NCBI GenBank assembly: GCA_965153355.1
Contig: OZ231126.1
Location: 11,098,001 to 11,162,000, forward strand
DNA length: 64,000 bases
Source of the DNA: Flaccisagitta enflata
Taxonomy: Eukaryota
Direction of reading: 5' to 3'
Both the position numbers and the translations under genes were made by a program. Shown piece by piece: positions 23,620-34,880 of the stretch (its first letter is position 1; every line of letters begins with the position of its first letter). The notes under the pieces are model-generated. The model was not told the origin of the DNA. It did no database searches and worked only from the letters and a program-made list of their open reading frames with translations.

Positions 23620-24470
23620 GAGACGAGAGATAAGAACGCCCGGAGACTAGATGAGAAATGAGATCGTTTGAAGACTAAATTAGGGATGAGAACGCATGGA
23701 GACTAGATTAGAAATGAGATCGTTTGGAGACTAGATTAGAAATGAGATCGTTCGTAGACTAGGTTAGGAATGAGATCACTTGGGGACTAGATTAGAAATG
23801 AGATCGTTTGGAGACTAGATAAGAAACAAGATCGATTGAAGACTAGATTAGGAATGAGAACGCACGGAGACTAGATTAGAAATGAGATCGGTTGGGAGAC
23901 TAGGTCTGAGATGAGATCAATTAAATACTAGATATGAACAAGATCGTTTGGAGACTAGATTAGGTATGAGATCACATGGGGACTAGATTAGAAATGAGAT
24001 CGTTTGGAGACTAGATAAGGAACGAGATTGTTTGAAGACTAGATTAAGAATGAGAACGCATGGAGACTAGATTATAAATGATATCATTTGGAGACTAGGT
24101 CAGGTCAAATGAGATTAATTGAAGACTAGATATGGAACGAGATGGTTTGGAGACTAGATTAGAAATGAGGTCGTTTGGAGACTAGATCAGAAATGAGATC
24201 GTTTGAGGACTAGATTAGGAAAGAGAACGCGTGGAGACTAGATTAGAAATGAGATCGTTTGGAGACTAGATTAGAAATGAGATCGTTTGGAGACTAGATT
24301 AGGAACGAGATCGTTTGAGGACTAATTAGGAATAAGATCAGAAATGAGATCGTCTGAAGACTAGGTTAGGAAAGAGAACGCATCGAGACTAGGTTAGGAA
24401 TGAGATCGTTTGGAGACTAGATAGGACACGAGATCGTTTGAGGACTAGAATGTAAGGTAGACTAGATTGA
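23620..24470. repeat. ~28-bp minisatellite GAGACTAGATTAGAAATGAGATCGTTTG
   Basis: Visible degenerate tandem array, followed by GAGACGGACCAGA repeats to ~24680. Confidence 0.9.
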
Positions 24471-25175
24471 ATGCCGTTAAATATTTCGAGATCGTAAGGA
24501 AAAATGAATATTCAAGACCGCCAATGAATGGAGTAAACTAGATTAAATGCTATCAAACAGGCGTGGACCAGACTAAATAGCCCACGAGACGGACCAGACC
24601 AGGCAGAGCACGAGACGGACCAGAGTCAATCGCAACCGAGATGGACCAGATCAACCAAAACGCAAGACGGACCAAATCAGACGTTCGTGGAGGCAGACCA
24701 GTCCGACATCATTCAAACCATGTGACCAGAATCAAAGGCGGCCGCGTAACGAAAATAGTCCAGCGTGAGTTGTAATTCTAGAAAGGAAAAAGAATATCTG
24801 ACCCGACCAGGAACGAGGAGTGTTATATCTGTTTCTGTTTTTGTTCTTGTTTTGTCTTTTTTGTTTTTTTTTTGTTTTTGTTTTTGTTTTTTTGTTTTTT
24901 TTGTTTCTTTTTTCTCCTCTTTTTGTTTTATCTTGTTTTGTTTTGTTATCTTTTTCTTTTGAAGTTCCCACCGTATCGGGTCAATATACAAAAAAAGGAT
25001 AAACCCTTTCCCCTCTCCTCTTACTTTTACTCCAGGCGTGTGACTCATGAAAAGGCCAACGACGGCAAAGACTCAAAACTGCAGAGACAGGACACAAGAG
25101 GCCCCCCGGGTCCGGCCTGATGTGTGTGTGTGTGTATGTATGAGTGTGTGTGATTGTGTGTGTATGTGTGTGTAT

Positions 25176-25250
<75 letters not shown>

Positions 25251-25508
25251 TGCGGGTGTGTGTTTATATTTTGTCCGGTTGTGTTTGGTTTGTGCATGCA
25301 AGTGTGCATTTGCGTGTGTATGTTGAGTGTGTGCATGTGTGTGTATTTGGAATAAATATATAAATAAGGCGCGCCTGACTAGAAAATGGGTAAAGTCGCG
25401 CGTGACTAGAAAGAATGACCAATATTAGGCCGGGCCAAATATACATGAGGAGAGAGTAGGGGGGGAAGCAAAGCCAAAAGCAGCAAATCCACCCAAATAA
25501 ACCCAAAT

Positions 25509-26400
25509 CTACCTAAATAAGTCCCACCCTCTATACCCCACCCCATCCAAAATACCACACCACTCCACCTCTCCTCCTTCCACCATCCTCCCCAACACGC
25601 CACCTATCAACACAGATGCCGCAAAACACCCAGCCTTCTGTTGCCACATAGCCAATATCCATTCCTCTCCCAACTGCTTCCTCAGTCTTCCCACAATCAG
25701 ACTCCACACCCTTTCTACTGCTACTTCCACACTGCCGAGCACCAACCCCCGCATCATGTGTACCGCCAACCGGAGCTCAAATCCCAACCTCCTCCGAAGT
25801 CGGTCCGCCGCTCTCTCCCCCAATGGCCCAAATGCCATCTCCCCCTCCACCACCTGCATGTCGACGACGCGGATGAGAGTCGGCTCCAACTTCCGCCATA
25901 GACGCCGAACCACCTCACACTCGATCACCACATGCCACCTCTCCCTTGCCACTTCTCCGCACAACCTGCACTCCCCGTTACCATCCCCAACCCATGTGGC
26001 CATATGTGGGGTCCAATAATTGAGCCCCACCTGTTTCCAAATATTGGAGCGAACACGCAAAGAACACGGCGTTGAATGTAGACGCCGCCATATATTGGGC
26101 CAATGCCCGTCCAGAGATGCGCCAAGCGCCCGTTCCCACTTCTCCTCATAATGTCGAGAGCCACTGCATGCCCTTCTACGGAAGGCCACGTAGAGCTCTC
26201 TGTAGGAGACCCTTGTGTGGTCCTTTCCCTCTTCGGATATATCGAAGAGGTAGTGAGGCTCACTCAAGGGCATTTCGGGAGCAATACCACGAAGGCGGGC
26301 CACCTCGTCCCACTTGCCGCGCCCACCCAAACCTAGACCGGACAACGTCCACAACGAACGAACAGACGTCACATCCCGAAGAACAAGCCAAGGGACAGAG
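25509..26400 (-). pseudogene. L1/Tx1 ORF2 C-terminal (zf-RVT-like) region
   Basis: KWERALG...WPNIWRRLH...IWKQ...CRLCGEVARERWHVVIEC...RRLW. Confidence 0.8.
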
Positions 26401-27737
26401 CGGAGCGGAGCTCTCTGTCACCCGCCCAACCATACACCACATCCCATTCCAACCTCTTCCTCTCTTCTTCCAACCTTCGCACATACTCCCTCCTCGCTTC
26501 CGCTTTCTCCCTACTGTAATCCACAGTCACAAGACGCCACACCTCTTTCGCCCAGTCCTACCACTCTCCATCGTCGCCAAAATCCCCCTTCCCTTCTCTG
26601 ACCTCTCTTATTTTACCCCTTAGAAGTTCAGTGTAAGACCTGTCTCTCAACAGGCTCACATTGAACTTCCAATAGCCTACCCCTTGCCTGACCTGGTCCT
26701 CTATCTCAACCTCAAAAACCTTGTGCCCGCTACTGACCCCATCTGCCCAAAAGTAGCGGCACCCTTTCACCCTTCCAGCTGTCACTCCGTCCAGGTACAT
26801 CCTGTCAATCCTACTCCTGTGTAGCCCCTGCTCGTAGGAAAAAACAATGTCCGTGTTTCCGTCCACTCTAAAAGCGTCACACAGACCAGTCCCCTCAAGC
26901 ACACTGGCCATATGACAGCCGCACTTAGTTCCCTTAGGATGAGATATTTTGCCAAAAATCAGCAAAAGTGACTTTTTCAAAAAGCGTTTTTTGTTAAACA
27001 TGGGGCAAGTATATGATCTCAGTTGGTCATATGAGTAAAAAAAAAATCAATTTTAACACGCCTGGATCTGAACAGGCCCCTCTGTAAGACCACTACTCCC
27101 AGTTTTTTTCATTTTTTGAATCTTTTTACCCTATTTTTTAATAGGAAAATGTAGTTACACAGATAGAGGTTTCAAACCAACTGAGCCATGTATCTGACCC
27201 CCCAAGGATACTTTCTGAGGTTATTTGTCATAGAGGGACTGATTCTTCTCTTTACCTATCTTTTTACTCCTCTTTTTACCTGTATATTCTCTTTTTGACA
27301 ATTCTCAGCTTTTCATAGCTGTAACTAGTAACGCAGGCACTTGCAGCTATTCCTACCACAACTAATTTGAAGTACTTTGGGTGCCTATATATGGTTTTGC
27401 CTGCGTCCAGTTGCGACCCAGGGCTCTATTGGCCTTAAAAGTCAACCTATCTGGAATCTTGATGGTAAAAAATGTCAGCTATTTGGTAAAAATGATCGAA
27501 ATATTTTAATCTTCAGAAAATCCTAAATCATCCTCTAGGTAAGCCACAGTACTGGGATTGGACTCCTTTGACAGTATTTTTTAAGTAGTTTATCTGTGTA
27601 AAATTTCATGTGAATCGGTTGAGCGGTTTTTGAGAAAATTGAACTTCTTTTTCAAAAATGAAAAAAAAAATTATCATCTTAGGAAAATTTCGATATTTCT
27701 TCAACCGTTTTATTCTATGAACAGAGAGAGAGAGAGA

Positions 27738-27935
27738 ATCTTGACCCCTGCTTTCCTCCAATCTCCATGTAAATCTCGCGCGTTGTTCCAAATCTTGTTT
27801 TCATTATTGTTCTTAGATTCTTGTTCAAATTATTTAGGATTCTCCACAACTTTCTTCTTAAACCTTTTTTCCACATTATGGTCAAAAAGTCGTCATTGCT
27901 CACATTATCATATGCCTTACTTACATCGTAATATG
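27738..27935 (-). pseudogene. RT fragment related to the 9469-12867 LINE family
   Basis: YYDVSKAYDNVSNDDFLTIMWKKGLRRKLWR...EIGGKQGS parallels FFDVQKAYDHADPDDMLYIAWNSGLKGKIWR...EIGGKQGG. Confidence 0.8.
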
Positions 27936-27965
27936 TGATATAAGTGCGAAATAAGGAAAGAAAAA

Positions 27966-28122
27966 AACAAGGCCGGATACACGGCAATCCAGTCGCAGAC
28001 GGTTGGGCAGGAGCAGTAATGCGAAAACCACTCAAAATTCAAAAATGTGACGGACCGACGGACGGACCGACCTACCGACCGACCAACACGGCAAGGTGTA
28101 GAGTCGCGTGTCCACGACTAAA
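27966..28122 (-). mobile_element. HINE-like element, family B
   Basis: AACAAGGCCGGATACACGGC...AGTCGCGTGTCCACGACTAAAA. Confidence 0.75.
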
Positions 28123-28399
28123 AAGAGGAAAAAGGCGAAAGAGAATAAGAAATCGTTAAAAAGACAGAAACAGAAAAAGATTATCATCCATTATTATCCA
28201 TTGTTATCCATTATTATTTATTATCCATGTCATTCTTTAACCTGTTCCTCTGAATTTACAATAATTCCAATCCTAAGGAACTGCAATGTTTCTAAAGGAG
28301 CCAAGGCAACTACAGTGAAAAAAAATGTATTACAAAACCCACTGTCCCCCTCACAGACTTGCAGTACCTAGAATTATAACAATATTCTTCCCAAACTCA

Positions 28400-28654
28400 G
28401 GGCGTGTTTCTAGTGAAGACAAACAACGCATACACTTACGCCAAACGTATTTTCAGTATGAAGACATATTCATAAATTTGAACTGTCCCACAAGTGAGCG
28501 AGCCCGTGAATGGAGTGAGCGAGCAAAGCGAGTGAGCGAAGTGAGCGTATTATAGTAGAGTAAGTGAGGGGAGTGAGCAGTGCAATTGAAAAGACGTAGC
28601 AAGTGACCCAGTGACCCTTTCAAAACACAATTGTCTCTGACTAGAAACGCACCC
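28400..28654. mobile_element. PIF/Harbinger-like MITE
   Basis: tca|GGGCGTGTTTCTAGT ... ACTAGAAACGCACCC|tca: 3-bp TSD and GGG termini. Confidence 0.5.
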
Positions 28655-28743
28655 TCACTTAGGCACTATGATCTGCATGGTCATGAAATAGAGAATAAAA
28701 TAATTTTAAAAATCTTTATTTTATCAAAGTTTTATTATTGTTT

Positions 28744-29409
28744 TTTAGTCGCGCGCTACACGACTCTACACCCCGCTTTGTCAGTCGGTGCGTCCATCTG
28801 TCCGTTGGTCTGACCATCTGTCCGTCAGTCCGTCACACAATTTTTTCGGCTTTCATGGGGTTTTTGGCTGTACCGCTCCTGCCCAATGCTCCACTGACCT
28901 CAAATATGGCCCCTACCCACCCGCACGCAAATGGGGTAGCCGTGTATCTGGCCTTGTTATAAAAATTGGAGAATTGAGCATAGATAATTTATTATGAAGA
29001 TTTTATAAAAAAAACATAAATAGGCTTACAAAACACTTTAAAGAATTGTATGCAACTTCTAAACAAAAGCTTTGTCAAAATATCATAATACCTTTTTCAT
29101 AATATCATTATGAAAAAGTTTTTAACTATTTTTAGGCATATGCACACAACTCTACACCCCACTTTGTACATCGTTTGGTTGGTTGATTGGTCACATATTT
29201 TTAGTTGCGTGCAACGCGACTCTATAACCCGCTTTGTCGGTCTGTCTGTTTGTCCGTCGGTTGGTCTATCCGTCGGTCCGTCACACTTTACTTTTTTTGG
29301 GTTTTTGCGGTCTTTGGCCTCACTGCTCCTGCCCAAATGATTGAGTGACCTCAAATTCAGCCCCTGCCCACCCGCACGCGACTGAGGTAGCCGTGTATCC
29401 AGCCTTGTT
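28744..29409 (+). mobile_element. Two HINE-like elements (28744-28958, 29199-29409)
   Basis: 5' hairpin, CCGT microsatellite and GTAGCCGTGTATC(T/C)(G/A)GCCTTGTT ends. Confidence 0.7.
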
Positions 29410-29539
29410 TTATTCAGTGACGTCACTGCTGCTGCCTGATGGTCTAGTGACCTCACATATGACCCCTGGCACATGACGGGGGTAGCTGTGAATCTGGCGT
29501 TGTTTTGATACAAGTAATAGTATTTTTAAAAGATGATAA

Positions 29540-29850
29540 AAAAGAAGAAAAAGACAAAATATGACAAAAATGACATAAATAACAAAAAAGACATAAATGA
29601 CAAAAATCACAAAAATCACAAAAATGACAAAAATGACAAAAGTAACAAAAATGACAAACATGAAATAAATGACAAAAATGATAAAAATGACAAAAATGAC
29701 AAAAATGACAAAAATGACATAAATGATAAAAATGAAAAAAATGACAAAAATGACCAAAATGACAAAAATGACAAAAATGACAAAATGACAAAAAAGACAA
29801 AAGTGACAAAAAAAGAGAAAAAAATGACAAAAAAATGACAAAAATGAAAA
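29540..29850. repeat. 9-bp tandem repeat (AAAATGACA)n inside the 23/23 element
   Basis: Directly visible. Confidence 0.9.
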
Positions 29851-32655
29851 AGAATAGAAAAAATAATATTTTTCATATTTAGTATGTAATTCTACAGTAT
29901 TATAACATAATAAATCCATCAGATGATTTTTGTCCAATTTTGAGTCGCTCTCAGAACATAGTGGGCCGCAAGCAGCCTCCCACGTGCTTACAGCGCCCCC
30001 ACACCTATCCAAGCCATCCACCACAAAATTCCAGTCACCCATCATTACCACCGGCACACTGTCATCCACGGCCACCTCCAGGCTTCGAATGAGCCCCGGA
30101 GTACCAGCCGCCCCTGGGTAGCCGTAGACTACCACAAGGTCCATTTCAAACAAAAACACCACACTCCTCACTCTTACCACCATCAACCTGCCAGCACTCA
30201 ACACCCTTTCATTCACGACCTCAAACTCACGCGAAATAACCAAGCAGACACCCGCATACGTATCCCCCTCCGCGTGTCCTGAGTGCAAGACATGATGAGA
30301 TAACCGCATGTCTTGCATTGGTTGGCACAACTGCTCGATATCTGAGCAGTGTGTCTCTTGTAGGGCAACGGCCCCAATATCAGATCCCCGCTGTATATAA
30401 GAGAGGATCCAAGAACCCTTGTATCGGGCTCTTGGTCCCCCTCCCAATCCATTGGGGTTATATGTCAGGAAACGCATAATCGGAGGAAAAGAGAAACACC
30501 AGTCACGCCAACACTACATACCAAGGCCAAGAAAGGCAAAAAACGCGCTCACCACCATTGCTTGCCAAGGTCAACAATTACTCCCATACTACCCTTATAG
30601 GCAGATGAGAGCACCTATCAACCCCCCCAAGCAACCATGGTAAGCACAGGATAACCAGCCCACCTAACCATTGCTACCAAGCCATGACCAGAGGCGATTC
30701 TAGCCTACCCTAGGGCCAGCCAGAATCGACCATAGACATGGCAAGGCAACAATATTTAGGGAGGGAGGCTAAAAATACACAAAAAAGGCGGAAAAAAAAA
30801 CAAAAACGGAGCCAAAACCGAAAAAGGCCAAAACCACCAACTGTTTCCCCCCCTACTGCCATCCAATGCCAATGGACGATTTCGGCCTACTCTAAGATAG
30901 GCCAAGATCGACCAAGGTCAAAGTAAGGCAGTAATGAGTAGGAAAAGAAGGCAGTACAAATAGGCAGAAAGGCAAAAAGGGGCGCCCCAACAGTAACGAG
31001 AGAGAATACAAAGGTCCCCCACACTAATCAAGCATGGTAGGACCCCCTCCCGCTATTGTCCGAGTGGGGAACCCGCGCCAAACCTAAACCAAACCAACCG
31101 GATTATTAGTGGCGATTCTGATGGCCCAAAACAGCTGTTTGGGTGGCCAGCCAATCAGGTCTTTCAGTTCACATCTACCTAACCAGCGGCCAACCAATCA
31201 GAGTAAAGTGACCATCCATCTCGCCAGTAATAATCCCCCGGAAGGTTATAAAAGGCAAAACGGAACCAGAAAACCAAACGCGCGAGGCGTAGCAGCTAAA
31301 CCAGGCGAGGGAGAAAACGACGAAAAAGAAAAAGGAAAAAAGAGAAAAAACAGAAAAAGGCAAAACGAAAAAGAAAAGGCCGGAACAAAGACGAAAAAGG
31401 CAACTAAGCAAGCGACTACGGGGAAGAAAACCCAACTCAATTCAAAGGTGAATTGAATCAAGCCCTCTTCCCAAGCAACAACGACGACGACAAAAGGCCA
31501 AGATGGGGGAAGTATCGACCAAGCAAGCAAGCGACCAAGCGAGCAACCAAGTGACCAAGCTGACCAACCAAGCCAGCCGCCAATCAGGCGACCTGGCTCT
31601 CAAGTGAGCGGGCGATCAACCTAGCAAGCGAAACGACCAAGCAGGCAGACCTTCCCCCTACCCATCAACCAAGCAACCAACCGGGCGACCAAGCGAACGA
31701 CGACAGGAGGGGGGGGGGACCTAAAGTCCTCCCTTTCCTCCCTTTTGCCCACCTCTGGACTGCGCCCTGCTCTGGCGCTGCTGCTGTTGGCCTGGCTGTT
31801 TCAACAAAGCAACCAACTCACGCTGGCTAATGCTAGGCATTTCCTTAGCGTCCCTGCTGACACTCAAATTCCTCTTTGCGTTACTATTCATCTCACCATC
31901 GGGATCAAGAGTTTCATCGCCTCTCGCTCTCTTCAATGAGGCACTGCGGTGCCTCGCGTCCTTGTTTTGGAGTCGAGGGATGGCCATTTTTGGAGCCGTT
32001 GATCCGGAGTAGGCCGACATGGCTGCGCTGCCAAGGGCCTGCAATCTCGCCGAGAGATGCTGGAAGGAACTCGGAGGGTGCTGCTGCTGCTGCAGCCGCC
32101 ACCGCGACTGGTGCTGGTGTCACGATGACCGCGACATGGCCGGATGAGAGCGCCGGGGAGGCGCCAAGAGCGCCGTCCGCGATGCTGTGGTTGATGCTGA
32201 TGCTGTTGTTGTTGCTGTTGAGGCTGGAGACACACGAAATCATCTCCGGTGTCAGTGCGAATGAGCCACTTTCGCTGCCGCTACTTCCTCCTCCTCCTTC
32301 TCTGAAGCCGTCAGCTTCTCCAAGGTGGCTGCTGCTTTTGCTGCCTCATCCTCCTCTTCCTACACCTGGCTGCCCCAACTGACGTTGCCTTGGAGTGTGT
32401 CGTCGCCTTCTTCAACTGGGACCACCACCTCCGCTGCTTCCGCGACTCTCTTCTTCTTCTTCCTCCTCCTCATTTCCTTTGGAGCCTGTGAGGATTCTAC
32501 TATATCCTCCTCCTCCTCCTCTTCCACTTCGCCTCCTTCTCCTGCAAGACTGAAGAGGGCATCCTGCGTCGATGTCGCTGCTGATGCTGCTGATGCTGCT
32601 GTTGTCGAAGACGAAGCTGCCGCAAACGGAGCCGGTGATTGGCCGGCCACTGGTG

Positions 32656-33750
32656 CACAGTGCGAGATTAGAGGAAAAAATTTTAAAATGAATAAAATGT
32701 GTCATAGAACATCATCTTGCTACTCTTTTAGTTTTTTCAAAACGTCTCAAAACGTCACCTCCGTTTGGGAAATATGGTGATTTTGGGGGTTGGGTGGCTG
32801 TAGGGGTGCCCGAGGTGGTGATAAAGGGGGTATTTGGGGTGATTTTGTATTTTTAGGTTAAACTTCCCTCTGGTATATCAAAATCTCGCTATGTGATGGT
32901 GATTTTGGGGGTTGGGTGGCTGTAGGGGTGCCCGAGGTGGTGATAAAGGGGGTATTTGGGGTGATTTTGTAATTTTTGGTTAAACTTCCCTCTGGTATAT
33001 CAAAATCTCGCTATGTGATGGTGATTTTGGGGGTTGGGTGGCTGTAGGGGTGCCCGAGGTGGTGATAAAGGGGGTATTTGGGGTGATTTTGTAATTTTTG
33101 GTTAAACTTCCCTCTGGTATATCAAAATCTCGCTATGTGATGGTGATTTTGGGGGTTGGGTGGCTGTAGGGGTGCCCGAGGTGGTGATAAAGGGGGTATT
33201 TGGGGTGATTTTGTATTTTTAGGTTAAACTTTCCTCTGGTATATCAAAATCTCGCTATGTGATGGTGATTTTGGGGGTTGGGTGGCTGTAGGGGTGCCCG
33301 AGGTCGTGAAAAAGGGGGTATTTGGGGTGATTTTGTATTTTTAGGTTAAACTTTCCTCTGGTATATCAAAATCTCGCTATGTGATGGTGATTTTGGGGGT
33401 TGGGTGGCTGTAGGGGTGCCCGAGGTGGTGATAAAGGGGGTATTTGGGGTGATTTTGTATTTTTAGGTTAAACTTTCCTCTGGTATATCAAAATCTCGCT
33501 ATGTGATGGTGATTTTGGGGGTTGGGTGGCTGTAGGGGTGCCCGAGGTGGTGATAAAGGGGGTATTTGGGGTGATTTTGTATTTTTTAGGTTAAACTTTA
33601 CTCTGGTATATCAAAATCTCGCTATGTGATGGTGATTATGGGGGTTGGGTGGCTGTAGGGGTGCCCGAGGTGGTGATAAAGGGGGTATTTGGGGTGATTT
33701 TGTATTTTTAGGTTAAACTTTCCTCTGGTATATCAAAATCTCGCTATGTG
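32656..33750. mobile_element. Transib/RAG-like non-autonomous element with asymmetric ends
   Basis: Perfect 5-bp TSD TGGTG (32651-32655, 33751-33755). Left end CACAGTG-CGAGATT-AGAGGAAA, right end CACATAG-CGAGATT-TTGATATACC-AGAGGAAA. Confidence 0.85.
32774..33750. repeat. 8 x 122-bp tandem repeat of the element's right end
   Basis: CTCGCTATGTG ends at 32895, 33017, 33139, 33261, 33383, 33505, 33628 and 33750. Confidence 0.95.
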
Positions 33751-33954
33751 TGGTGGTTGCTGCACTGCTGCCGCTGTCGAAGTCGTTGTTGATGGCGCCG
33801 GTGCAAGTTGCGTCGGCGCTGTTGCTGCTGCAGATGATGATGATGATGAAGTTGGAGGGAGTGTTGCTCTTGCTGCTGCCGAAGTTACTGTAGCAGTTGT
33901 GGAAGATGTCGAGGCCGTTACCACTGCTGCATATGATGGCAACGTCGCCGTCGT

Positions 33955-34880
33955 TGTTGTTGTTGTTGTTATCCAGCATGTCGTATTATTCTGGGCTTGA
34001 TGGTAGATCCGCCGTCGATTAATCGAATTAATGGGACGGGTCCCATACCGGCGGGAACCATCTAGGGTGGTGGTGGCTCAGGAGGAGGCCGTCTCCTTCG
34101 AGTTGCTCTGGGAGGAGGAGGGGGAGAAGGACCCGAATCCGGCAGGTCGGAGAAGGATGGAAGGGAAGAGAGAAAGGCAGCCGCTTCACGGGGACGTTCC
34201 CATAGATCCGAAGTCGTCAAATTGGTCGGATGCGATGTACAACTAAATAAATGACTAGATGAGTGTGTTGCTGACTGACAATCCGGACAGAGGTCAGAGG
34301 CGGAACGACCAATGCGGTGGAGGTAGTCGTTCAGGTGAGCACAGTGGCCAGAGCGCAGTTGACTAAGAACAGTGCGGGTACGACGAGGTAGGGATTTCTC
34401 ACTCGGGTGGATTAGCGGTGGAGCTGCATTCAAAACGCGGTTAGGCTGGAAAGCATCGACAACGTCACTGACAACTTGGACATGGAGCCGGTTCTTTTTT
34501 GGATTCAGGACGGATAATACCATCATCAGCCACAAACGGGGAGACGGCATCCCAGCACTTTGAGCGTAATGACTCCTTCATCTTCCTGGGGCCAAGTGGT
34601 TGTTCATTGACGATTCGATGTGAAGGATGACTGGGAACAAGCGCGCGAGCCAGGTATTGCGATGACAATAGGTGGAGATGCTCTTTGACTGGAAGAATTT
34701 GAGTTTCCTGATGGATATGATCAACAGACGCCGCTTTGTGGGCACCAGTGATGAGACGTAGACATTTGTTTTGGATCAACTGTAGGCGATTGATAGACGA
34801 CGGGGAATAGTTGGGATAGACGATGGGGGCCGCATAGTCGAAGAATGGTCGAATAAGGGCCTTGAACGTCATCGTCAAGC
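33955..34880 (-). mobile_element. 5'-truncated LINE (I/Jockey/Ingi-group-like ORF2 C-terminus)
   Basis: 13-bp TSD ACGTCGCCGTCGT (33942-33954, 34881-34893) and a (CAA)n tail. Protein motifs FKALIRPFFDYA...LQLIQNKCLRLITG and LSQLRSGH...CPDC...HLFSC. Confidence 0.88.

Larger units (their letters stand above)
26922..29963. mobile_element. Transib/RAG-like non-autonomous element with 23/23 RSS-like ends
   Basis: TSD AGCCG/GGCCG (one mismatch). Left end CACTTAG+23+CCAAAAATC, right end CACTATG+23+ACAAAAATC. Excision restores WEAACG(C/R)HMASVL. Confidence 0.75.
26400..30477 (-). pseudogene. L1/Tx1 ORF2 endonuclease, split by insertion 26922-29963
   Basis: MRFLTYNPNGL, ALQETH and GDWNFV (29964-30477) rejoin in frame with LCDAFR, SRIDRMY, SGHK and GVGYWKFNVSLL (26600-26921). 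Confidence 0.88.

Noticed and set aside
23620-24470. CRISPR-like array (also 2020-2912, 32774-33750 and 44271-44752)
   Set aside because: Units are contiguous tandem repeats without unique spacers, there are no cas genes, and the context is eukaryotic.
29410-29963. Hydrophobic multi-TM tail of the 355-aa ORF
   Set aside because: It is read-through from the endonuclease into the inserted element's 9-bp repeat.
28664-29963. Alternative pairing of internal CACTATG (28664) with the right end at 29963
   Set aside because: Flanks TTAGG/GGCCG do not form a TSD and removal does not restore the host frame.
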